Shown here: positions 40,601-50,773 of the stretch, piece by piece
Layout: each line of letters begins with the position of its first letter
Numbering within the stretch: position 1 is the first letter of the stretch
From: Bispira polyomma
Taxonomy: Eukaryota
Direction of reading: 5' to 3'
DNA length: 64,000 nucleotides
Assembly: GCA_965649765.1 (NCBI GenBank)
Contig: OZ287756.1
Span: 10,478,001 to 10,542,000 of the forward strand
Translations under genes and position numbers: made by a program
Notes under the pieces: generated by a model
Told to the model about the DNA's origin: nothing
The model's database searches: none
What the model saw: the letters and a program-made list of their open reading frames with translations, nothing else

Positions 40601-43600
40601 AAATGTGTCTTGTGTTAAAGTGTCTGAAATTCACATGGATTGCGATCTTGTGCTTTGTGCAGAAATAACCAAGACCCCTGTGCAGCTGCTGCGCTCCATG
40701 GAATTTGGAGACTTCAGTAATGTGCCGCTGAGACACAAACCTGAGGAGGAATACAAAGTGCTGAAACATGCTAGTGTTAGAGATGGTCAAGCAGGCACAG
40801 ATCACAGTAATGTCATTGTTGAAGTCAGAGCAACATTTCACAAAAGTCTTGTGTTTGCGGAAGCAGAATCAAAGGCAAAATGTAAGTTTTGGAATGTCAT
40901 CTCTGTCATAGGATCTAAGGATGCAATATTGGAGAAAGATAGTATTCCAGTTGGTGCAGTCGCGGTGAGCCTGAAGAGAGAAGGGGATGCTCGCTTTGCT
41001 CCCGAAGTATTGGACCCAAAACACAGAGGATTTATGTTCTGCTTTCTGCCCTTGCCAATCCATAACCAGCTGCCAGTCCATGTCAATGGATACTTCGCTG
41101 TTACGCCCAGCCGACGGCAGCTCTGTACACAAGAGTACGACGATAAAAGAGATCCAAAGGCAAAGTGGAATGAGTTCCTCATGCAAGGCGTCATACGAGA
41201 AGCTTATACCAGGGCTTTTGTTGACATGACAAAGAGACCAGACGTCTATGATCCAATAGACTTGCAAAATGCGATGGTTCACTTTTTCCCAACTGACATT
41301 CAAGAAGACATTGATGGCATTGGCAATTTATTGTACTTGTTCTGTAACTCCTTTTACAAAAGTGTCACTAATGATCAGGCTGTCCGTCTCTTCCATGACC
41401 GCAACAAGTGGACAAGCTTTAAAGTCATGAGGTTTCTTGACAGTTGTTTACTTGATCTTCCCGTGGGGAAGTTAATGGTTGATGTATGCAGAATCTACTT
41501 CCAACAAAAGCTTGACCAGGACTTTGTTGAAATTCCGCAGTCAGTGATAAGGCAAATTGAAACCTCCGGCTTTACCAAGGAACTTTGTGAGCACAAAATA
41601 ACTCTTGTAATGTTTTACCGGGACATTTTCTTGCCCATCATTGATAAAGTAAAGCAAGACATCAGAGACAGTCTAGTTTGTTTTGCCCTGTTACATGGCA
41701 ATGAGGAACTCTGTCAGATTATCCAGAATGTTTCATGTATTCCTGTAACGTGCAGTGACTCCCTTATGAAGCCTTGCCAGTTAGTTGACCCTGATGGGCC
41801 ACTGAAAGATTTGTACTCAAACAACGATGGGCCATTTCCAAAATGGCTGGAAGAACCCAACAGACCCCAAAAAGTGGAGATCCAGCTTGCCCTGAAAGCT
41901 TTGGGCATGCGGGTTGATAACATTACGTGTGAAGAAACGTTGGAGAGAGCATTGACAATATCAAAACTGAAAGATGGTACAAAGAGAGCAAGGAGTTTGG
42001 TGACGCTGGTATCCGTGAAAATGGAAATGGAGACAAACACAAATGATTTTCAGGAGTTAGTAAAGAAGCTGCACAGAGTGCCATTCCTCCCAGTTGCAGT
42101 GAAACCAAATGATTGGAACTTACCCTGGAAAGATAACGAAAAGTACATCTCCCCTGATGAATCATATTCAGAAGAGCAGAAAGAACTAGTAGGCTGTTCA
42201 GAGGTTGTTGCTTCATTCCCAGGAATGAAAGATGAAAAGCTGATGAAAGTGTTGAACTATGTGAATAAAGAGGTGACGGAAGAGCACATTACATATCAGA
42301 TTTCTTGTGTTGTTGAAGCTCAAAGTAGGAACAAAGGAAAAGACTTCCGTACTTCATTTGAACTACATCACAAAAAAATCATGCATGCCATTTACAAATT
42401 TTTGGATAAGAAAGCAAGTTCAAATGGTGGCATCAATTTTGAAACCTACAAAACATCTGATTTTATTATGGTGACCGGTGGAGGGATAGTATCGCCAGGC
42501 ATGTGTGCATTGAACTGCCCTGTTGATCTGTATCCTTATCTGTTTAAGTTGTCATGGGATTTTCAAAGAGAATACAAAGACTTGATCAAATCATTAGATA
42601 TAGTACCACATTTTGACGCAGGTGCTATGGTTTCTCTTTTGAAAAGACTGCACGATGACATTGGAACTTTAGCAAAAGCAGATGTGTTTAAAGTTGCTTG
42701 CAATGCTGCAATCCATTTATCAGACTTGCAAGATCAAGACAAAGCCTCGTTCCAGAAGGAGTTGTACCTACCAGATTTTAATAAAGTTATGACATCTGCC
42801 CAAGCCTTGTGCTTCAATAATTGCCCTTGGATAGCTGTACAGGACAAAAAGATACTACACACAGCCATTTCCTATGATGTTGCAAGCAAGCTTGGTGTCA
42901 AGTCAATTCGGGAAGAGACAATACATAGTTTTCAACATGGCATACCATTTGGGCAGTCTGAAAAACTAGCAAACCGAATAAAGCGCATACTTGAAGGCTA
43001 CCCATGTGACAAAGAAATCTTGCAAGAGCTTTTACAGAATGCCGATGATGCTGAAGCAGATGTAGTTCATTTCTTTCTTGATCACAGAAAACATCCTAAT
43101 GAAAGAGTGTTCGAGGGATGGAAGTCAGTGGAAGGGCCCGCCCTGTTGGTTTACAATAACAAACCATTTACAGCTAAAGACATCGAAGGTATAAAGAACC
43201 TTGGTGAAGGAAGCAAGGGCCTAGATCCAGTAACGACGGGCAAGTATGGTGTGGGATTTAATTGTGTATATCATATTAGTGATACCCCCATGTTTCTGAC
43301 GCCTGATTTTGAGGAAGAAGACAATCATGTACTTGTGGCTTTTGATCCTAACTGCAAGTACATACCAGGCAGTACTCCACTTCAACCTGGCCAAAAGTAT
43401 ACTAATGCCAGAGATTTGAGAAAGATATTTCCTGATGTGTTCAGCTGTTTTGAAGTGCCTGAAAAGAACTTTTCACGCGGGACACTCTTCAGATTCCCTT
43501 TACGAACATACACCATGGCAAGTCAGTCCGAGATAAGCAACAAAGCGATCACCCCAGGAGACATTCACAAACTGTTTGAAACATTTTCTTTAAATTTAGA

Positions 43601-46600
43601 GCAATGTTTGTTGTTCTTACAAAATGTCAAGGAGATCACACTAAATGAAATTCATGCAAACAATAAAGTGACCACAGTGGATCGAGTTCTCAGCAAGCCA
43701 ACACAGAAAAATAATGGCTTAACTTACAACCTGCGCCAGTATGTAAAGGAGGTCGGAACGATCGGTTTGTCAAGTGATCAAAGTTACAAACATCATTATG
43801 AGCTAGATATTCGAAAACATGGCAGACAGGATGATGCTAAATGGCTTGTCCTACAGCAAATTGGTGTCCGAAATCCTAGCAATGTTAAGACAGAACTTGT
43901 AAGAAAATACCATGAAAAGAATGCTGTAATTCTACCAAAGGGAGGTGTTGCGATTCAGTTGAACAAAGAGAAAGAAACAGATACTCAGGAAGGGAGATTA
44001 TTTTGCCTGTTACCATTGCCTGTATGTACCCAACTAGCAATGCACATCAATGGTTCATTCATGCTGGATCATGAAAGCCGTCGCAATCTGTGGCAAACTG
44101 ACAACAAGACTGGTTTTAGATTCATGTGGAATGAAATGATTTTGAAAGAAATTGTTGCAGATTTGTATGTTGATGCTATGGAAGTAGTAGCTCATTGGTT
44201 CCCCAGACTGAAACAACCATTTGGCAATGTTGAGGCTGTTATCACCTATTTTAGTGGTATATTTCCCAGATCAACAACCAATGATCCATATCTATTTATA
44301 CTGCACGAAGCAATCTACTGCAAAATGGCTCAACGAATGCCAGCTGTGATTCCTGTCATTAGGTACAAAAACACATGGCGTCAACCGCTAGACTATCCTA
44401 CCAATGATCTTGTTGACTTGGATTGGTTTCCTGTAGGTGGTCCTAATGGGAAAGTGGCTTATTTTGATGAAATTGAGGCACAGCTCCTTGGCACAACAAG
44501 ACCATCACTTCTGAGAGCATACAGTTCTGTTGAAGATAGATTGAAACAGAAAGAATATGAACAAAAGCAAGTGATCAGATTGAGGAAAGCGCTTGCAAAT
44601 AGTGGATTTCCAGTGACCCAGGTAAATCTATTGGTGAAGGAGATGTTTGTGAAATATACATCAAAGGTGGCAGAAGTACACAGCTTAAGTCCACCAGCTG
44701 TACTGAAACACTTTCTGGGTCAGTCATGGGAGCAATATGACATGAAGGTTCCAAGGAACATTAGAGATACTCCATTCTGTGATGCGACAACACTTTGTCA
44801 AGTGCTGACATATTGTAAAGGTGACTTGTCAAAATATCTTGATGGCCTCCCTATGTTGCTCATGGCAGATGACAGTGTGCAAAAGTTTAACAGTCAAATG
44901 ACGGTGCTTGTGTCTGAGTACCATGAACTTGTTCCGGCTAAACAGGATATGTTTGCGAGCAAGTCATTTCTTTCTTTCCTGGAAATTGAAAACATTAAGA
45001 GGTTTCTAAAACCCATGACATGTCAAGACCTGTCAACTATTATACACTTTAGGCTTGATAAAGGCAAATATCAGGGAACTGATAAAATGGTGCCAATGGA
45101 TACTGGTGACAAGACATTTGCTTTGTGGGTCCGTCGACTGTGGGAATTTATAGGCACTGAAGTAGTATCATTAAAAGAGGGGAAATACTTTATTGACAAA
45201 AGTGGCCTGGAGAGCTTACAAAGCTGGTGCATATTTCCAATGAAAAGAGGCAGTGTCTATCTAGTTCCACCTCTGAAATATTTCAACATTGTCCTCGATC
45301 TGCGGCAACATGAAAACAACCCTACCTTGAAAACCATTTTTCAAAAAATGGATTTTCCAGAGCCCTTTCTGCCCAGTGAAAATTGTTCTGGATTATTGCG
45401 AGTGATACAAGAGTGTGTTGCCACATTTGAAAAGGCAGATCGAGTTGTCACGTGTATGTCAAAGGCAATGGAGGAATTTCCTTTACACATTGATGGGCTA
45501 GATTCTTATTACAGAGGCAGGTTGCTTGATTACTTTAGTGACCATGTGATTGACTTAGAGAAAATACCAGAAACAGCAGCTGCTACTTTGTGCAAGCTAC
45601 CAATATTTCAGTCTGTGTTTGGAGTTCTTGTGAAACTGGATGCACAAGAAGGAAAAAATCTGTTCAGTGTGTCTGAAGACATTCCAAAGAAAGGAATGGA
45701 AACATGGTGTACCGAGACGCACACCCTCTACCTAAAAAGTCAGAAAAAATATGCAGAGCTCTACAGGTTACTGAACATCAAGGAACTTACGTTTGTGGAG
45801 GCATATGTGAAGCATATACTTTGCCAGTTTGCTGTTTTCAATGCATCTGAGAGGTTTCTCCACCTGCAGAAGATAAAGAGATTTGTGGAAGATACATGTG
45901 AAAGAGAGCACAAACCACTTCTGAGAAAACTTCTGGAAGTTCCATTCATGGCCAATAGGAATGGTGAACTAGAAAGAACTGCTGAGTTTTATGATCTAGA
46001 AGTACCTTTGTTCCGAGAGATGGAGGAAAACTTTCCCACTGAGGAGTTTCAACGGTTTGAATGGATATCATTCTTGAGAAAGATTGGGTTGAAATACAAA
46101 CCAGAAGCACACCATATGGTAAAGTATGCAAAGAAAATAGCACAGTTGAGTAAGCCAGATGACCAGAAGGCAGCAAGGCTAAAGTGCAAGCTTTTATTGC
46201 AGACACTATTTGCAAATAATGAACTCTTCCAGGATGCATGTCGTCAGATCAAAAGCATTCATTTCATACCGCAAGGTCTCCCAAAGCCTCAGTTTGTAGA
46301 GTTATGCGAGGTGTACAAAACAAAGGCATTCCCGTTTGTTTGTTTTCAAGAATCAGTGACTCATAACTATGCTGATTTAGTGTGGTCAAAGGTTGCCGTC
46401 TTGCCTGCTTTTGCAGCACCTCCAACTAAAGCTCAAAAAGAAGAACTTTCAGTTTTTATCAAGCCATCACTGGATATGGTATTAGAGAACTTACAACAGG
46501 TGTGTGAAAAATATCCTACTCTGAGAAATCCTGAGCTACGTGAATGTATACAAGAGTTTTTGAGCAGTACCTATGTATTTGTAATGAAGAACCATTTAGA

Positions 46601-49600
46601 TGATGACCTTCATAAAATGAGTGCAATACCATGCGTTGCAGTAGACAATGGTGCAAGGTTAGTAATGCCACCACAGGTAGCAGTTGGTTTGAGCACAGAA
46701 ATACCACCATACCTATATAGCTTACCATTACACATTGGTCCGTACGAAAAGTTACTGAAGAAAATTGGCATTACCAAAAGTGTAACTCTTGAACAGTATG
46801 CAGATGTACTGATACAGATATACAACCATTCTAAAGGAGATACACTTCATCCAAATGAGCTGGGAGCAAGTGTAAGTGCTTTTTGTGGATTCTTGATGCT
46901 CAGCAAATCCCTCCAGAACCTAACGGGTGAGTTAAAAGGAAAAACACTATATTGCTTGACAGAGAGAAAGACACTTAGCAGAGCATCAGATGTTATTTTC
47001 ATAGATAGTGTGGATTTGAAATTCAGAGTGAAATCACTGAACTTACCATGTATGAGAGATTTAGGTCCTGTAATTTCTAACTGTGAAATTTCCCAAGTAC
47101 TCAAGAAACTACCCGATTCACAAAAGCCTAGATACGTGTCTGCAGTAATTGTGGAAAAATTTGACAGTGGTGTCTCAGATCGAGAGAAAACAAACAGGTG
47201 TTTAGAGCTTGAGGGAAAACTTTCCAGCCATGAATTTCACACGGGCATTTTGAGACTTATAAGGCATGAAAATCAAACAAAGGAGGCTGCGAATCATGAG
47301 AGTGATGAGCATGAACAGATACTAGTGAGAAAGCTGACGGATGTTAAATTTTTTGAAGTGGCGACCTTGATGACCTACCTTGTGTATAATGGGGAGAGAC
47401 TTACAAAAAGTGAGAGACAAGTGTCTCTATTTCTGGATAAAGCAGAGAAGTCAACAATTTACATGTGTGCAAATCCGAAGGAATGGGAGAATCCTCCTGC
47501 AATGCTGCACACCTTGATATGCTCTGTTATCAGTGAGATTATGGAACACAAAACTAGAACAGTTGAGAAATATATCATTGAACTGTTACAGATAAATGAC
47601 AACAAAATGCAGGCTGTCCTGGATGAACATCGGATTCGACCCTATGATGCCCCTGGTGTGGCCAACACAGCAGAGTCTGTTATGCAGACGTCGGGTGACT
47701 ATATACCCGTAGAGATCCACCACTTACTTCAGCCTTGTATTGTACATTTGAGGGTAGATGAATATGTTGGGTATGAGGAACATGATCCCTATGAAGATGA
47801 AGAACCCCTTCCTGGAGATGGCAGTGGCAACGCTGAAGAGTTGGCATCGGTATACATTTTGGCGAAAGTGGTTGCAATTCTAGCCCCAGAAGGAGCCTGC
47901 TCTTATCTGAACTACAGTTACAGGATCAGCATCGGCAATGGGGAGTTCAAAGAAGTACATGCAACTTCTTTATACCGTTTCAGCAGAGATCGAGAAACTG
48001 ATCAAGCATCCACTACCACAAGTCAAGCTTTGGTCTTGCTGCCGGCCGCAGACAGTGACGATACAGACACTCATGACCATCAAGCCTCAGGTAATGACAC
48101 TTCAAGTCGCCATGGGCGACCTTACCGTGGCAATACTGATGACCATGGTTCCAGACCTTCCCCAACAAGTGATGACAGTTCAAGTGACCATGTGTTTGAG
48201 ATGAGCGACATCATTGCTATCAAGGCTGAAATTAGGAAGATACTGCTAGAGGCTTGGAAGATGGAGGAAGCTCACAGGAAGAAGGTTGTCAAGCGTCTGT
48301 GGCTACAGTGGCACCCAGACAAGAACCCGGGTCGTACAGACCTGGCCACAAAGATGTTTCAGTTCATACAGTGGGCCATCGATAGAATGGAAAAACAGCA
48401 GCCACTTGAAGAAGAGGAAACGGACAACAGTTCTGGTTATAACTTTCATCAGAGGCGAACCAATCATGATTTCTGGGATCACTTCAACTTCTCTGGATTC
48501 TCGCACCGAGCCCGATCCCATGGACAACGCCAGAGGAGCAGAACCTATGACCATTTTTGGGAGGGTTCCAGACCATCTTGGTCACAGATGAAAAATCCCC
48601 AGCCCACTGAAGCAAAACGGTGGATGAAACAGGCGAATTACGACTTGGTGTCTGTCGCTAATGATGTCACCGGACACGCAGTTTCTCACGAGTGGGCATG
48701 TCTGAAGTCTTATCATGTAAGTGTTTTTGTTTTATCTCATTATATAACACTTGCTGTAGTTATATATAATATAACATTGTATCAATTGTATGTAATGCAG
48801 TAAAACTGTGTTTAGTTCTCTTCTGTGTACATTTTTTTTTACATGTGGTATCTTGAAAAGCAGAAATATGTATGTATTTATCAATTAAGATATGTGATAT
48901 ACATAAGTCAACGTCAATTTTAAACTGGCTGAGGAAAAGGGTAGTAGGCCGCAGATAGCTGACCATGGTAAAAATCAATTTTTTTGGAAAGTACATCTAT
49001 GTTCAGTTATGCTCTGTTTATTTTATCAGGCCGCAGAAAAAGCGCTGAAGGCCACTCAGTTTGCCGTTGATGCAGATCAGATCTCTTCTGCGCAGCATAG
49101 CCTAACACTGTTGTGTCACCAAGTGCCCCAATGTACCACTACTGCACAGAGGCTACGGCGCTGTGTCGGTGGTAAGTATCTATAACTGCTGAGCCACAGG
49201 TCCTTAGAGTATGTTTTTTTTATACAATTGTGCAGGGGCCTGGCTTACCTAAATTCCAGGTATTTGTTTTGCTCACTTTTTATTGATTTGACCCAGTTAG
49301 CAAATTTTAGATTCCTGGCAAATTTGCCACACATCAATAACCCAATTTGATATGGAAATTGCTTAAGCAAAGAGGGAAAACAATTGAATGTTGAGGTCAC
49401 ATGACCCACTTTTGGGGGAATATCATCAAATGGCGTATATCTTGGAAATCTTTAGAGATAAGAGGGTGTTTCATTTTTGACTGATTCTGGACCATTAGTA
49501 AAACCATTTTTCAGAACGATTCCATTATTCCCTTATCTGTGTATGAATACATATACTTCCGTGTAGGAATCCATGTATAATACATATTTGACAAAATATA

Positions 49601-50773
49601 GTTCCTCTGTATGTAATTGTCATATATAGATTGACAGGTTGAGATGTTATGAAATATATGGTATATATGTAGGTTGACAGGTCAACGGGTCGACATGTTA
49701 AAAACATATAGTTGTTCTATATATTATTTTAAAATGTAGGTTGTCATGTAAACAAAAAAATTAATGACCTACTATAAATTTATGGATATTTCACAAAATA
49801 TAGTTCCTTTGTTGTCTTCCTATATAGGTTGTCGTGGGGACCCCCCACACACCCCCCACACCCCCACCAAAAAAAAACAAAAAAAAACTACGTAATTTGT
49901 ACAAACTACCTCCAAATCTGATATCTATTTATCACAAATTCAGATCTTGTTGTACTATGAGATTCCGCTAGTGGCTCTGGTGATTATGAATGTTCGCTTT
50001 ACAATCATCACTGGCCTCTCACCCATTGTGTGTTTAAATCCTATTTGATTTTTTTATGTGGAAAAGAGTTTGTCAGGTACTTGCCATAGGCTTGTGATGT
50101 TCTAGTGTTTTAGCATTTGTTTCCTTCACCATTATGTCTGGCCCTTGTGATGTGACCGTACAGGGGCCGTATTCACAAAGGGACTTAGCCAGGTCTTAGG
50201 CTTTAATCAGTATACTTTTGTGCTAAATTTAAGCCTACGACCTGGCTAAGTCCTTTCGTGAATACGGGCCCTGGTTCAAAGCGACGTAAAACTAAATTCA
50301 ACAAAATTATAATGATATATTTCCCTAACAACTGAGAGTTCAATATTTTCAAAGGTATCATACCTATTAACATGCAGGGCAAAACAAACAGCAGTTAAAT
50401 TATTACTGACAAAAGAGCCACAACGTTGCATTGTAAGCATGCCACAAATTTTCATATATTTGTTACTCGAATTGTGTACATTTTGATCAAACTTAACAAA
50501 TCTTTCATACAATCGCATGTCAGTGGGATAATCATTAATAAGAAATTACTGTGACATAACTGACTCAATAGTCGCTTTACACAATACCTCCATCTATTGT
50601 AGAATATATGCATATAATACATGTAATCTGTTATTGTAGACCCAGAGAAGATCTGCTACCCGACCTCTGGTATTCCTCACAATAACTTCACAGCAAGAGA
50701 GGCCATAGAGGCCAGGGAATTGGCGCGGACCATCGTGGATACGTGTCAGATATTCCTGGATTCTAAGCTGTAA
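17354..50773 (+). CDS. SACS: Sacsin-like protein, 4,382 aa; join(17354-17360,23219-23319,27022-27138,31090-31237,35603-37144,37759-48716,49030-49171,50640-50773)
   Basis: Exons joined by hand; all introns are GT-AG with matching phases, total 13,149 nt. Three sacsin-repeat GHKL motif sets ([25 protein letters not shown]; [25 protein letters not shown]; [25 protein letters not shown]), [14 protein letters not shown] motifs, J-domain [11 protein letters not shown], and [21 protein letters not shown]. One-to-one orthology versus paralogy cannot be resolved. Confidence 0.93.
17377..17580. mobile_element. Decayed Tc1/pogo-type MITE (ta|cagt.gaac start)
   Basis: Shares tacagt.gaac and ggataatagaaggt with 20008-20170 and a fragment at 35090-35165. 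A second CAGT-type family occurs at 19505-19680, 26060-26200 and 54845-55030. Confidence 0.55.
17501..17512 (+). promoter_or_regulatory. ISRE/IRF-E consensus motif GAAAGTGAAACT
   Basis: Exact match to GAAANNGAAACT, about 140 nt downstream of the start-codon exon and inside a decayed MITE. Function untested. Confidence 0.35.
17703..18237. mobile_element. MITE with TA target duplication (Tc1/mariner-like)
   Basis: ta|ccggttccgctctcgg ... cgggagcggaaccgg|ta; internal 18-bp repeat atgggcgtttgtgagagc, about 3.5 copies. Confidence 0.8.
18555..18795 (+). mobile_element. Older SINE, family B
   Basis: TGGCCTGGTGG A box, GGTTTGAATCC B box, ggtcggtggttt core, gatatgacctaagctgttaaaagc 3' end. Confidence 0.78.
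20305..20609 (+). mobile_element. piggyBac-type MITE (TTAA/CCCTTT ends), copy 1
   Basis: gaccctttc ... aaaagggttaa; body shared with copies at 21881, 23430 and 55892. Confidence 0.65.
21462..21886. repeat. 27-bp minisatellite, 16 copies (last one partial)
   Basis: Unit cagctcatatttaaccctttggtctg(g/t); first unit at 21462, last at 21867 (15 x 27 apart). Confidence 0.95.
21881..22143 (+). mobile_element. piggyBac-type MITE, copy 2
   Basis: ttaa|ccctttcaac ... gtcgaaaggg; gtctgtcagcaagcagtcga core. Confidence 0.72.
22360..23153 (-). mobile_element. Solo LTR (794 bp), copy 1
   Basis: TGTTAC...GTAACA termini; 5-bp TSD CCATG (22355-22359 / 23154-23158); TATA box and AATAAA on the minus strand. 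Confidence 0.88.
23219..23319 (+). CDS. SACS: Sacsin-like coding exon 2 ([34 protein letters not shown])
   Basis: ttttcag| ... AAG|gtatgt; matches the start of sacsin repeat 1 (IL..Y..G.QILK). Not in the ORF track. Confidence 0.9.
23430..23640 (+). mobile_element. piggyBac-type MITE, copy 3 (3' truncated)
   Basis: ccctttcgacccctaggttg ... gtctgtcggcaagcagtcga core. Confidence 0.65.
24320..25167 (+). mobile_element. 5'-truncated L2/CR1-clade LINE (RT C-terminus, 3' UTR, (TAA)n tail); non-functional
   Basis: [46 protein letters not shown]; in-frame TGA near 24527; taataataat tail. Confidence 0.88.
25850..26060 (-). mobile_element. HINE/Helentron-like 5' fragment
   Basis: Minus strand reads ttattaacctcgccc..aggttattgttttcggtctgtgtgtttgtgtgtgt, the usual subTIR plus microsatellite start. 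Confidence 0.6.
26606..26985. mobile_element. hAT-type MITE (380 bp)
   Basis: TIR TAGGGGTGAGAC / GTCTCACCCCTA; 8-bp TSD ATTTTTAA (26598-26605 / 26986-26993). Confidence 0.88.
27022..27138 (+). CDS. SACS: Sacsin-like coding exon 3 ([39 protein letters not shown])
   Basis: attcag| ... CAG|gtaaac; 117 nt, phase 0/0; GHKL motif I. Confidence 0.93.
27885..28593 (+). mobile_element. Nested HINE with about 5 internal repeats of roughly 120-140 bp
   Basis: aacttaaaagtgcctatatctc...gatttgaccttg repeats; 3' hairpin cattgg-ttct-ccaatg followed by CTAGT. Confidence 0.7.
28743..29920 (+). mobile_element. HINE family C, copy 1
   Basis: 5' hairpin aagcgtccc-gtaa-gggcgctt, 3' subTIR gggacgctt, hairpin ttgtttttgc-tct-gcaaaaacaa, terminal CTAGTT. 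Confidence 0.8.
30905..31065 (-). mobile_element. Decayed L2 LINE 3' fragment
   Basis: Minus strand translates [25 protein letters not shown], similar to [25 protein letters not shown] in the 24320 LINE. Confidence 0.55.
31090..31237 (+). CDS. SACS: Sacsin-like coding exon 4 ([17 protein letters not shown]...[16 protein letters not shown])
   Basis: ttttag| ... ACAG|gtaagc; 148 nt, phase 0/1; GHKL motifs II and III. Confidence 0.93.
31643..32490 (+). mobile_element. HINE with three internal repeats of about 140-150 bp
   Basis: tgtcccct at the 5' end, aggggaca at the 3' end; (gtc)n microsatellite; repeats aaccgc..ggattt.attcatatttggtacac..ccctattgtatggtg. Confidence 0.7.
33129..34872 (+). mobile_element. 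HINE family C, copy 2, with expanded internal satellite
   Basis: Same termini as 28743-29920; 7-8 units of ctcaatctcaacaaag..gatagagtgatttcggctgaattttgggccc. Confidence 0.8.
35603..37144 (+). CDS. SACS: Sacsin-like coding exon 5 (remainder of repeat 1)
   Basis: ctttcag| ... ACTG|gtatgt; corresponds to ORF 35593-37152; contains GTVFRFPLR and [14 protein letters not shown]. Confidence 0.93.
37759..48716 (+). CDS. SACS: Sacsin-like coding exon 6, giant 10,958-nt exon (repeats 2 and 3, J-domain, start of HEPN)
   Basis: tttttag| ... TATCAT|gtaagt; in frame with ORF 37803-48803. Confidence 0.95.
49030..49171 (+). CDS. SACS: Sacsin-like coding exon 7 (HEPN: [16 protein letters not shown]...RLRRCVG)
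   Basis: ttatcag| ... GGTG|gtaagt; HEPN AEKALKA motif. Confidence 0.9.
49965..50157 (+). mobile_element. Degenerate SINE, family B
   Basis: acaatcatcactggcctctcacc and tttgtcaggtacttgcc core. Confidence 0.62.
50161..50273. mobile_element. 113-bp fully palindromic MITE
   Basis: CAGGGGCCGTATTCACAAAG ... CTTTCGTGAATACGGGCCCTG; second copy at 63179-63291; related ends at 7470-7705 and 15680. Confidence 0.85.
50640..50773 (+). CDS. SACS: Sacsin-like terminal coding exon 8 ([44 protein letters not shown])
   Basis: ttgtag| acceptor in phase 1; YP..IP..F C-terminal HEPN pattern; TAA at 50771-50773. Confidence 0.85.

Noticed and set aside
37916-48591. Many short antisense and alternative-frame ORFs
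   Set aside because: Shadows of the long sacsin exon with no recognisable motifs.
35593-48803. Two separate genes from ORFs 35593-37152 and 37803-48803
   Set aside because: A phase-1 GT-AG intron (37145-37758) joins them in frame; neither ORF has a true ATG start.
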